This document shows, piece after piece, positions 7,871-16,420 of a DNA stretch of 32,000 nucleotides (its first letter is position 1; the number at the start of each line of letters is the position of its first letter). The stretch is taken from NCBI RefSeq assembly GCF_003010495.1, contig NZ_CP027570.1:1740001-1772000 (forward strand), read 5' to 3'. The DNA comes from Megasphaera elsdenii DSM 20460. Lineage in GTDB: Bacteria > Bacillota > Negativicutes > Veillonellales > Megasphaeraceae. Position numbers and translations under genes: made by a program. The notes under the pieces were generated by a model that was given only the letters and a program-made list of their open reading frames with translations, was not told the DNA's origin and did no database searches.

Positions 7871-8690
7871 CCCATTGATTTTGCAGGCCCTTCAGGAAGA
7901 CATTACGAGTGAAGACGTGACGACTAATGCCATTTTGCCGAAAGACTGTCAGGGTGAAGCGGAGCTCCTGTGCAAACAAGATGGCATCATTGCCGGCCTC
8001 GATGTCTTTGCCCGGGCCTTTACGCTGTTGGATGACAAGGTGTGGTTTGAATTCTTTACGAAAGACGGCGATGAAGTCCACAAAGGCCAGAAGCTGGCTA
8101 AAGTTGTCGGCAGTATGCAGGCCATCTTATCGGCCGAACGGGTAGGACTCAACTATTTGCAGCGCATGAGCGGCATAGCGACTTATACCCATCAGGTCGT
8201 ATCCCTGCTGGAAGGAACTGGGATTACCCTCGTCGATACGCGCAAGACGACGCCGAATATGCGGGTCTTTGAAAAATATGCTGTCACGGTTGGCGGCGGT
8301 AAGAATCATCGCTATAACCTGTCCGACGGCGTCCTCCTCAAGGACAATCACATCAGCGCTGCCGGTGGCGTAGCCAAGGCCGTTGCCTTGGCCAAAGCTT
8401 ATGCGCCTTTTGTCCGTAAAATCGAAGTCGAAACGGAAACGTTGGACATGGTCCGCGAAGCCGTCGAAGCCGGCGCCGACATCATCATGCTGGATAATAT
8501 GAGCCACGACATGATGAGAGAAGCGATAGCCCTCATCGACGGCCGGGCTGAAACGGAATGTTCCGGCAACGTGACCAAAGAAAATATTGCCGCCTTGGCC
8601 GATATCGGCGTCGATTACATCTCTAGTGGCGCCTTGACCCATTCCGCGCCTATCCTGGACTTATCCCTGAAACACCTTCATCGGATATAG
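7839..8690 (+). CDS. nadC: Nicotinate-nucleotide pyrophosphorylase (carboxylating)
   Basis: Motifs DTRKTTPNMR and HRYNLSD. I prefer ATG 7839 or GTG 7836 (GGGAG at 7824-7828) over the track start at 7812. Overlaps the nadB end. Confidence 0.88.
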   Translation: MNSVTMKLQADPLILQALQEDITSEDVTTNAILPKDCQGEAELLCKQDGIIAGLDVFARAFTLLDDKVWFEFFTKDGDEVHKGQKLAKVVGSMQAILSAERVGLNYLQRMSGIATYTHQVVSLLEGTGITLVDTRKTTPNMRVFEKYAVTVGGGKNHRYNLSDGVLLKDNHISAAGGVAKAVALAKAYAPFVRKIEVETETLDMVREAVEAGADIIMLDNMSHDMMREAIALIDGRAETECSGNVTKENIAALADIGVDYISSGALTHSAPILDLSLKHLHRI

Positions 8691-8760
8691 TGGCCCGTAG
8701 TTCGTGATTCGCAGTTCATGGCTCGTAGGGGCGACCACGTGGAACACCGTTTTGTTGCTT
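8688..8760 (+). repeat. Heptad array copy; the nadC stop codon is the first TAG of the array
   Basis: TAGTGGC CCGTAGT TCGTGAT TCGCAGT TCATGGC TCGTAGG GGCGACC, with CGT/CGC/CAT phased every 7 nt at 8696, 8703, 8710, 8717 and 8724. Confidence 0.8.
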
Positions 8761-8775
8761 GTTGCAATACATTAG

Positions 8776-8807
8776 TCCCTTGACAAGGGATGAAATAGCG
8801 ATATAAT
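8776..8807 (+). promoter_or_regulatory. Near-consensus orphan promoter
   Basis: TTGACA (8780-8785), 16-nt spacer, TATAAT (8802-8807). Perfect palindrome TCCCTTGACAAGGGA (8776-8790) spans the -35. Confidence 0.45.
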
Positions 8808-8816
8808 AGAATCAAA

Positions 8817-8863
8817 GAAAAGACAACGATGTCATGATTGATGTCGTTGTCTTTTCTGTTTTT
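8817..8863. terminator. Bidirectional intrinsic terminator hairpin
   Basis: GAAAAGACAACGA (8817-8829) / TCGTTGTCTTTTC (8844-8856), a perfect 13-bp stem. T-rich tracts follow on both strands. Confidence 0.7.
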
Positions 8864-8899
8864 GGTATTATCCGATCTTGAGAGGGGGCCTTCACATGT

Positions 8900-9130
8900 A
8901 TGTATGGCGAATGGAAAAGATTATGGCAGAAAATTTCCGCGAATGGAAAATGCTGCAGCAGTGTCAACTACTCCCGACTAAAGTCGGGAGCTTGTAAGTC
9001 GGAACTACATAGGTACTAACGACATCTAAAAGATGTCTTCCTAAATCCGCCTACATCATCGGGGGGGCTGACAACACCCGCTTTGCTAAGGAGTTTACTC
9101 CGAAGCAGTTGTTATTCTTTCATAACGAGG
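8900..9130 (-). ncRNA. Predicted TnpB omega-RNA (reRNA) region, spanning the tnpB 3' end and RE; extent is approximate
   Basis: Position follows established TnpB biology. Stem-loops seen on the element strand: GACATCT-N3-AGATGTC (9021-9037) and CTCCCGAC-N4-GTCGGGAG (8971-8990). Confidence 0.4.
8971..8990 (-). repeat. RE subterminal hairpin of the IS element
   Basis: CTCCCGAC-TAAA-GTCGGGAG, a perfect 8-bp stem. The loop and flank match the LE hairpin. Confidence 0.6.
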
Positions 9131-10321
9131 ATGGTTATCTCCGGAAATCCACATAGTTCCGAGGAGCTGAATATTCATAGCTCCGATACGGTCATCGTTA
9201 GATCTGTAACCACACTGGCAACGATATAAGTGTTTGTGATGGTCACGGTTTTCTTTGTGGATAGTACCGCATTTGGGACAACGTTGAGAGGTATACTTAG
9301 CAGATACCTTCAGAACTTCGGAACGATTTTCATGAGCCTTATAGGTCAGGAATTGCTCCAACTGATAGAACGCCCAGCTGCGCAGGTCGTAATTTTGTTT
9401 AGCCGTTTTTGAAAGATGGGACTCTTCGAAGCTAACACCGGTCAGATCTTCAAGCACAAACAGCGTATCTTTGCCGTATTTTTCAACGAGTGTCTTAGAA
9501 ATCTGATGGTTTACATCAGACATCCAACGGTTCTCTCGTCCAGAAATGGCTTTGAGTCTACGCTTTGCTGATTTTGTACCTTTAGACTGGAGCTGACGGC
9601 GGACTTCCTGAAATTTATGGCGTTTAGTAGCCATCTTCTTACCAGAGACGAATTCAGTTTTGCCCTGTTCGTCGTAACTAACAGTAAGAAAACGTAATCC
9701 GCGGTCAATACCGACAACATGACGGACGTTTTCTTTCTGAAAATCTTCGACAGCTTGGGTTACGGGAATGTGGAGATACCATAACCCTTTGAGTTCGACC
9801 AGTTTTGCTGTTCCAAGGTCATAAGCGCCATCAAGGTATTCAGCGAAATGTTCGCCCTCAAAAGTGCATTTGGTTCTTTTGCCGAGTGTATTGATAGATA
9901 GGATTTGACCATCATCAACGAAACTGTAATCTCGGTTACGGACCAAATCAGCTTGCGGACGAGTAAAGAATATCGGCTTCCAAAGCCATTCCAATGTCTT
10001 GGTAATGCGTTGCCAGTTGCCATTCTCATCCTTATATCTGTAAGGATTTTGGAAGAGCTGTTGTTTTACCGTTTTATATCTGGCAATCGTCGTCTTGATA
10101 GAAGACTGGGCTAGCTGCGATTTCAGACCGAACTGGCTGCGCAGGTCACTGTACAGCTCTCTGTTGAGACTTTGGTAGGTCATGTTAAATCGGTGGTCGA
10201 ATATGTACTGCGACACGAAGTTACAAGCCTGACGGTATTGTTCAGTCATCTGACGGAACAGCGTCTCTTGTTCGGGAGTAGCGTGTATACGAAGTTTTAT
10301 TGTTTTAGTTAGGTTAGACAT
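9095..10321 (-). CDS. tnpB: TnpB (OrfB_IS605) RNA-guided endonuclease
   Basis: 408 aa. RuvC D (VVGIDRG), E (FVLEDL) and D (NDDRIGAMNI) all present. Zinc finger CPKCG...CQCG. Confidence 0.9.
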   Translation of the reverse strand: MSNLTKTIKLRIHATPEQETLFRQMTEQYRQACNFVSQYIFDHRFNMTYQSLNRELYSDLRSQFGLKSQLAQSSIKTTIARYKTVKQQLFQNPYRYKDENGNWQRITKTLEWLWKPIFFTRPQADLVRNRDYSFVDDGQILSINTLGKRTKCTFEGEHFAEYLDGAYDLGTAKLVELKGLWYLHIPVTQAVEDFQKENVRHVVGIDRGLRFLTVSYDEQGKTEFVSGKKMATKRHKFQEVRRQLQSKGTKSAKRRLKAISGRENRWMSDVNHQISKTLVEKYGKDTLFVLEDLTGVSFEESHLSKTAKQNYDLRSWAFYQLEQFLTYKAHENRSEVLKVSAKYTSQRCPKCGTIHKENRDHHKHLYRCQCGYRSNDDRIGAMNIQLLGTMWISGDNHPRYERITTASE

Positions 10322-10365
10322 TTTTTCACCTGCCTTTCTAAAATCTATACTACTTCATCAAAATT

Positions 10366-10374
10366 ATTATATCA
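10366..10374 (-). promoter_or_regulatory. Extended -10 promoter element for tnpB
   Basis: Minus strand reads TGATATAAT (TGnTATAAT), about 45 nt upstream of the ATG. Confidence 0.4.
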
Positions 10375-10420
10375 TAATTTTTTTGCTAAAAGTCTATTAT
10401 TTATTATTGAAAGGAGGGGA

Positions 10421-10465
10421 GGTGCGGCTCCTCTCATGACTAAAGTCACGAGTCTCCGCCGCACC
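10421..10465 (-). repeat. LE subterminal imperfect hairpin of the IS element
   Basis: GGTGCGGC...GCCGCACC outer stem. Inner stem is CTCGTGAC-TTTA-GTCATGAG (element strand) with one mismatch. Confidence 0.6.
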
Positions 10466-10577
10466 ATAGTGATGAAAAGTATCAGAAAGGACGCCAAGCT
10501 GTTCAGCCTAAGAAAGAGAACCTGCGTCTCCGCGGCGGTGCCCATTCTGAAACGTGATGAAACTTAGAGAACACGTG

Positions 10578-10606
10578 TTTGACAAAAAGCCTCTGGATTT
10601 CTATAC
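10578..10606 (+). promoter_or_regulatory. mutY promoter
   Basis: TTGACA (10578-10583), 17-nt spacer, TATACT (10601-10606). Confidence 0.55.
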
Positions 10607-10644
10607 TAGTAGTTAATAGTGTAGAAAGAAAGAGGCTTATTTAT

Positions 10645-11703
10645 ATGGATATAAAGAAAGAACATTGGAGCCCGCTGCTCCTCGACTGGTTTGCCGCCCA
10701 TGGCCGGGACCTGCCCTGGCGCGATGAAACGCCGCGGGATCCGTATAAGGTCTGGGTCTCGGAAATCATGCTGCAGCAGACGAAAGTCGAAACAGTCCGC
10801 CCCTATTATGACAGCTGGATGGACCATTTTCCGACCATCTCCGCCTTGGCGGCGGCTTCTCAAGATGAAGTCCTGCGGCAGTGGCAGGGCTTGGGCTACT
10901 ACTCGCGGGCCCGCCATCTCCACCAGGCCGTCCAGGAAGTACAGGCCAAATACGGCGGCCACGTGCCGGAAAATAAAAAAGACGTGCAATCCTTGAAAGG
11001 CGTTGGTGATTATACAGCCGGCGCTATTTTAAGCCTGGCTTATGGACAGAAAGAACCGGCTGTCGATGGCAACGTCCTGCGCATCTTTGCCCGCCTTTAT
11101 GATATTGAAGAAAATATCTTGTCGACACCGGTCAAGAAGAAAGTCACAGCTCTCGTCGCAGAGCAACTTCCGGACGAAGCGCCTGGAGCCTTTAACGAAG
11201 CTCTCATGGACTTAGGAGCTATGATCTGCATCCCTAAGCATCCCCGCTGTCCCTACTGTCCTTTACAAGAGCTCTGCCTGGCTCATCGGGCTGGGAAAGA
11301 ATGTGAGCTGCCCATCCGCCTGGTCAAGAAGAAATCGCCTGTCGAAGATATTACTGTCGTCGTCGTCCGTAAGGGGAAACAGTGGCTCGTTCATCGCCGG
11401 CCGCCGACGGGCCTGCTGGCGTCGATGTGGGAATTTCCTAATGCCCAGGGGAAAGGGGAGGAAGGCCTGCATGCTGTCGGTCAGCTCTTGGCGCAGAAAG
11501 GACTGACCCTGGCTGCCGATGACCAGTCCATAGGCTCTCTGAAGAGCGTCTTTTCGCATAAGACCTGGCAGATGACGATTTATGAAGGTCGCATCACCCA
11601 GGGAAAACTCGAAGAAGAGGAGGATTGGCAGTGGATCGACTGTAAAGCTTATGCGTCCTTGCCCTGGGCCGGGCCGCATGGCAAGATTACTGCCATGGTA
11701 TAA
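10645..11703 (+). CDS. mutY: A/G-specific adenine DNA glycosylase
   Basis: HhH-GPD region and 4Fe-4S loop CIPKHPRCPYCPLQELC, with a C-terminal NUDIX-like domain. I prefer ATG 10645 (AAGAGG RBS) over the track start, which lies inside the promoter. Confidence 0.88.
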   Translation: MDIKKEHWSPLLLDWFAAHGRDLPWRDETPRDPYKVWVSEIMLQQTKVETVRPYYDSWMDHFPTISALAAASQDEVLRQWQGLGYYSRARHLHQAVQEVQAKYGGHVPENKKDVQSLKGVGDYTAGAILSLAYGQKEPAVDGNVLRIFARLYDIEENILSTPVKKKVTALVAEQLPDEAPGAFNEALMDLGAMICIPKHPRCPYCPLQELCLAHRAGKECELPIRLVKKKSPVEDITVVVVRKGKQWLVHRRPPTGLLASMWEFPNAQGKGEEGLHAVGQLLAQKGLTLAADDQSIGSLKSVFSHKTWQMTIYEGRITQGKLEEEEDWQWIDCKAYASLPWAGPHGKITAMV

Positions 11704-11706
11704 TTG

Positions 11707-12939
11707 ATGAAAGGGCTTTTTTTTATTAATTTCATGGTCATTACGTCCTGTATCTGCGTCGTCTCGGCCCTGTTATGGGATTATGTCGTCCGAACGGGCC
11801 ATCGCTGGCTGCTGCTCCTGGTGGCCTTGCTGCTGGCTGTCTTGTCGGCCTTCGGCCTCTATCACTATGAAGACCTCTTTCCCGGCCTCGTCGCTTCTGG
11901 CTGGGATGGCTTATACGACCGCAAGGCCATGGCCGGCCTGATTTGGCTGTTGGCCTGTCTCCTGGCTTTTCCCTGCCTGGCCGTCGTTGCCATAGCCCGA
12001 TTCTTCTGTCGTCCCAGGCGCCGCCGGCGACGGCGGCAGCGGCGGGCGTCCGGCGTGACACGGCGGGCTTTCCTCAAAGGCTTGGCCGCCCTGGTCCCGG
12101 CAGTGGCTCTGGCTACCAGCGGGGCCGGCAATCTCTTAGGCGAACGCGATTTAGACACGACGTATCACGTCTTGAAATACAAAAATCTGCCAGATTATCT
12201 CGACGGCTATAAAATCGGTCAGCTGTCAGACCTGCACATGGGGCTCTTCTTCAGTCCCCGGAGACTGCAGGAAGCTTTGGATGCCGTAGCTGCCCAGGGC
12301 GTGAACCGTTTAGAAATCACAGGCGACTTCATTGATGAATTGGCCCTTTTGCCGAAAGCCAGGGCCATCCTTGAAGCCAATGTCCATCGCTTTCCCGACG
12401 GCATCGACTTTTGTTACGGCAACCATGAGTATTACCGCGATTTCAATGCCATCACGGCCATGCTCGAAGCGACGCCGGTGCGGGTACTGCGCAATTCCTC
12501 TTTTCAGGCCAGCCGTGGCTGCGGTCAGGGCTTGAAAGGGCGTAATGGCCGCGACGGCCGGTCTTTTTATATTGCGGCTGCTGATTATAGTTTTGCCAAA
12601 GGCGACGAGGCCTTTGCCAAAGAACGGGAACAGTACGTCCGGGAAACCCTGGCCAAAGTGCCGGAAGACGCTTTTGTCGTCCTGCTGGCCCACCATTCGG
12701 CCTTTATCGATGAGGGCTTTGCCCACCACATCCCCTTGACCTTATGCGGCCATACGCACGGTGCCCAGTTCGCGCCCATTGCGCCGCTGGTTTCGGCCTT
12801 GGGCTTCAAATACCTCCGCGGCCTGTTCCAGAAAGGCGAGTGCAAGGGCTATGTCAACCGCGGTACGGGCCACTGGCTGCCTTTCCGCGTCCTCTGTTCA
12901 CGAGAAGCCAGTGTCTTTGAATTACGAAAACAAGCGTAA
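11707..12939 (+). CDS. Membrane-anchored metallophosphoesterase (YkuE/YaeI-like, COG1408)
   Basis: Motifs QLSDLHMG, ITGDFID, GNHEY and CGHTHG. N-terminal TM helices, a poly-Arg run, then the twin-arginine-like TRRAFLKG. Confidence 0.75.
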   Translation: MKGLFFINFMVITSCICVVSALLWDYVVRTGHRWLLLLVALLLAVLSAFGLYHYEDLFPGLVASGWDGLYDRKAMAGLIWLLACLLAFPCLAVVAIARFFCRPRRRRRRRQRRASGVTRRAFLKGLAALVPAVALATSGAGNLLGERDLDTTYHVLKYKNLPDYLDGYKIGQLSDLHMGLFFSPRRLQEALDAVAAQGVNRLEITGDFIDELALLPKARAILEANVHRFPDGIDFCYGNHEYYRDFNAITAMLEATPVRVLRNSSFQASRGCGQGLKGRNGRDGRSFYIAAADYSFAKGDEAFAKEREQYVRETLAKVPEDAFVVLLAHHSAFIDEGFAHHIPLTLCGHTHGAQFAPIAPLVSALGFKYLRGLFQKGECKGYVNRGTGHWLPFRVLCSREASVFELRKQA

Positions 12940-12955
12940 AGGATGAATACTCATT

Positions 12956-13957
12956 ATGATGATCAATAAAGCAGTACTCCATATTTTTGATTTCAACACT
13001 AATGTCTGCGTGGTATCCCAGAAAGACCTCGATTTCAGCAGCGATGTCGTCTACGAATACGTCAGCAAACGGCTGAACCGCATCATCGGCGATGCCGCCC
13101 AGAAGACAGGCGTCTTCTATGCGACCAGTGCCTTTCAGATGAAGCTGCAGGCTCTGGCCGACGGGACGATGACCTTCGACGACCTGGCATCCCAGACGGC
13201 CCGTGAACTCTATCAGCTCCTGGCTCACTGCGACGAACCGGAATCGACAGACCTCCTGGTCATTGATTTCCAGGATGACGACGATGTCCGCAACGTAGGC
13301 ATCCTCATGCTGGAAAACAAGACGGCCTATACCCATCAGATCCTCGACGACGAAGGGACGGTATACAACAAGCTCATCAAGCATTACGCCATCTTGCCCG
13401 GGACGGCGCAGAAAGCCGATGCCTATGCCCTCATCAGGCTGAGTGATTTTTCCATCCATTTCGTCGACAAGAAGCGGAAAATGGATGGCGAAGACGTCTA
13501 TCTCCTGCCGGACAAGCTCTTGCAGTGTACGTCGGTCATTTCCAGCAAGGAAGCCGTGAAAGTCGTCAGCAAGATTGCCGAGAAAGTGGCTGAAGAACAC
13601 GGAGCCAGTACGGTTGAAGCCTTGTCGAAGGCCAAGACCTATCTCGTAGAAAATGCTGAAACAGCCGATTCTTTTTCACCCCAGGACCTGGGCAGCGATG
13701 TCTTCGGCGATTCGCCAGTGCTGCAGCGGGAATTTGAAGAGCAAATCAAAGAAGCCAAACTGCCCGAGGCCGTGGCCATCGAAAAGGAATATGCCCAGAA
13801 AGCCGGCCGCAGCCATAAAATCAAGACCGATACGGGCATTGAAATTACCTTTCCTTCAGAATACATCGAAAATACCGATTTCATCCAGTTCATCAATAAT
13901 CCCGACGGGACCTTGTCCATTGAATTGAAGAATATCGGAAAAATCGTCAACAAATAA
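12956..13957 (+). CDS. Nucleoid-associated protein (NdpA/YejK, NA37-like)
   Basis: 333 aa. The N-terminus MMINKAVLHIFDFN... and overall layout resemble the NA37 family. Family assignment is from memory, not a search. Confidence 0.5.
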   Translation: MMINKAVLHIFDFNTNVCVVSQKDLDFSSDVVYEYVSKRLNRIIGDAAQKTGVFYATSAFQMKLQALADGTMTFDDLASQTARELYQLLAHCDEPESTDLLVIDFQDDDDVRNVGILMLENKTAYTHQILDDEGTVYNKLIKHYAILPGTAQKADAYALIRLSDFSIHFVDKKRKMDGEDVYLLPDKLLQCTSVISSKEAVKVVSKIAEKVAEEHGASTVEALSKAKTYLVENAETADSFSPQDLGSDVFGDSPVLQREFEEQIKEAKLPEAVAIEKEYAQKAGRSHKIKTDTGIEITFPSEYIENTDFIQFINNPDGTLSIELKNIGKIVNK

Positions 13958-13968
13958 GGAGGACTACT

Positions 13969-14250
13969 ATGTCACGCAAAAATCGGCGCAAAAAAGCCAG
14001 CCATACTGCGGCTGTTCCGGAAGGGACGACGGCAGCGGCACAGCCTAAAAAGAAGAAGGGACCTGTCCACGGGCTCGATACCCGTACCTGGGTCTTGTAC
14101 CTCGTCGGCTTTGCCGCCCTGGCCTGGTCGTATTTCGTCTTGTTTACCCGCAACTGGTCGGACGCAGGTTTTGCCTTTACCGTCCTGGTTACGGTTCTCT
14201 GGCCCTGGTCTCTCTATAGGAACTGGAAGAAGGGCCCTAAAAAGAGGTAA
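13969..14250 (+). CDS. Hypothetical small membrane protein with basic termini
   Basis: 93 aa. AAGGAGG RBS at 13956-13962. Two hydrophobic helices flanked by Lys/Arg-rich tails. Codon bias looks coding. Confidence 0.55.
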   Translation: MSRKNRRKKASHTAAVPEGTTAAAQPKKKKGPVHGLDTRTWVLYLVGFAALAWSYFVLFTRNWSDAGFAFTVLVTVLWPWSLYRNWKKGPKKR

Positions 14251-14255
14251 CGCTT

Positions 14256-16378
14256 ATGGATATGTCCCATTACAATAAAGATTACGATACGTCTCATCCC
14301 TTTCACGTCGTCGCCCCGTATGAACCGATGGGCGATCAGCCCGAGGCCATCGCCTCCCTGGCGGAAGGCGTCCGTTCCGGCCAGTGGGCCCAGGTCCTCG
14401 TCGGGGCTACCGGTACCGGGAAGACCTTCACCATGGCCAAGCTCATCGAAGCCGTCCAGAAACCGACCTTGGTCATCGCTCACAACAAGACCTTGGCAGC
14501 CCAGTTGTGCAGCGAATTTAAATCCTTCTTTCCCGATAATGAAGTCGGCTACTTTGTCAGCTATTATGACTTCTATCAGCCTGAAGCCTATATTGCCTCG
14601 ACGGATACGTATATCGAGAAAGATGCGTCCATCAACGATGAAATCGATAAATTGCGCCACTCGGCGACGATGAGTCTCTTTGAACGGCGCGATGTCATCA
14701 TCGTCGCTTCCGTTTCCTGCATCTATGGCTTAGGTGACCCGGAAGATTACAGCGAACTCGTCGTATCCCTGCGCCTGGGGCAGGAAAAATCGCAGGAAGA
14801 GATCTTGCATAAGCTCGTCGATATCCAGTACAGCCGCAGCGACATGAACCTCGAACGCGGGACTTTCCGCGTCCACGGCGATACGATCGAAGTCTTTCCG
14901 GCGGCTTTCGACAACTCCGTCATCCGCATCGAAATGTTCGGCGACGAAATCGACCGCCTGACCGAAGTCGATGTCCTGACCGGCGAAGTCATTGCCGAAC
15001 GCAAGCACGTCGCCATCTATCCGGCCAGCCATTATGTCACGACCAAGGACAAGATGGAACGGGCCTTGGGACGATCCGTCAGGAACTGGACGAACGGCTG
15101 AAAGTGCTGAAAGACGGGGGCCACTTGCTGGAAGCACAGCGATTGGAACAGCGCACGCGCTACGATATGGAAATGATGGAAGAAATGGGCTATTGCTCAG
15201 GCATCGAAAACTATTCGCGCCATCTGGCCGGTCGCAAGCCCGGTCAGGCGCCGTATACGCTTCTCGATTATTTCCCCGATGATTTCCTCATCCTCGTCGA
15301 CGAATCGCACGTCACCCTGCCCCAGCTGCGGGCCATGTATGCCGGTGACCGGTCGCGCAAAGAAAACCTCATCGAATACGGTTTCCGCCTGCCGTCGGCC
15401 TTGGACAACCGGCCTTTGAAATTTGAAGAATTTGTCGAACGCATCAATCAGATCGTCTACGTCAGCGCTACGCCAGGGCCCTATGAAATGGAAGTCCAGA
15501 CCAATCTGGCCCAGCAGATCATCAGGCCGACGGGCCTGTTGGACCCGAACGTGGAAGTCCGTCCCATTGCCGGCCAGATGGATGACCTGTTGGGGGAAAT
15601 CCGCCAGCGTACGGAAAAGGACGAACGCGTCCTGGTGACGACGCTGACCAAGAAGATGGCCGAAGATTTGACGGACTACCTGAAAGAAATGGGCGTCCGC
15701 GTGCGCTATCTCCATTCGGATATCGCTACCATCGAACGGGCCGACATCATCCGCGACCTGCGGGCCGGCGTCTTCGACGTCCTGGTCGGCATCAACCTCC
15801 TGCGCGAAGGCCTGGATATGCCGGAAGTCTCGCTGGTAGCCATCCTCGATGCCGATAAGGAAGGCTTCCTGCGGTCGGAAACGTCGCTCATTCAGACCAT
15901 GGGCCGGGCAGCGCGGAACGTCAACGGCACGGTCATCATGTATGCCGACAAGATCACCGATTCCATGGCCAAGGCTATGGAAGAAACCCAGCGCCGCCGG
16001 GAAATCCAGGATGCTTATAATAAAAAACATCATATTACGCCGAAGTCGGTCAAAAAAGACGTCGTCGACCTCATCGAACTGACGAAAGTCGCTGAAGATG
16101 AAGCGGCCTATGGCAGCCAGAAAGGGAAGAAAGGCGGCAAGATGACCCGCGAAGCCCTGAATAAGGTCATCAAGACCATGACCTTGCAGATGAAGGAAGC
16201 GTCGAAGAATCTGGAATTTGAAAAAGCGGCGGAGCTGCGCGACCGCTTAGGGGAACTGCGCCAGCAGCTGGCCGACATGAGCCACGACGACACCCTGCCC
16301 AAAGACATGCAGGGTGCCGACATGCCCAAGCGCCGCTATCGCCGCAAGATAAAGCGGCCTGACGCGAAAAGAAAATAG
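14256..16378 (+). pseudogene. uvrB: Excinuclease ABC subunit B, split by a 1-nt frameshift near 15068-15071
   Basis: ORFs 14256-15101 and 15104-16378 together make a full UvrB ([18 protein letters not shown] domain [13 protein letters not shown]). The downstream frame already reads [27 protein letters not shown] from 15071. Confidence 0.85.
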
Positions 16379-16420
16379 TCATGCAAAGGTTTTTGTCGGC
16401 ATACGCCATCCCTTTTATCC

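Larger units (their letters stand above)
8900..10490 (-). mobile_element. IS200/IS605-family (IS1341-type) element carrying only tnpB; the ends are approximate
   Basis: tnpB is flanked by subterminal hairpins that share a GACTTTAGTC loop region (LE 10421-10465, RE 8971-8990). No Y1 tnpA is present. The element lies between nadC and mutY. Confidence 0.65.

Noticed and set aside
8896-8997. A 33-aa ORF (MYVWRMEKIMAENFREWKMLQQCQLLPTKVGSL) on the + strand with a GGGGG upstream.
   Set aside because: It lies antisense to the predicted omega-RNA/RE region. The two copies of the 12-nt direct repeat fall in different frames, so the repeat is a nucleotide-level feature. There is no coding-type codon bias.
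9061-9067. A G7 homopolymer just downstream of the tnpB stop, as a phase-variation tract.
   Set aside because: It is non-coding, lying within the presumed omega-RNA scaffold. Nothing suggests a switchable frame or promoter spacing.
12008-12050. A CGN-rich run that looks like a microsatellite.
   Set aside because: It is in frame and encodes the poly-Arg tract of the metallophosphoesterase using mixed Arg codons. It is not a perfect tandem repeat.
15060-15110. Programmed -1 ribosomal frameshifting in uvrB.
   Set aside because: There is no slippery X XXY YYZ heptamer and no downstream structure. A homopolymer indel, either a sequencing error or a true mutation, is the simpler explanation.
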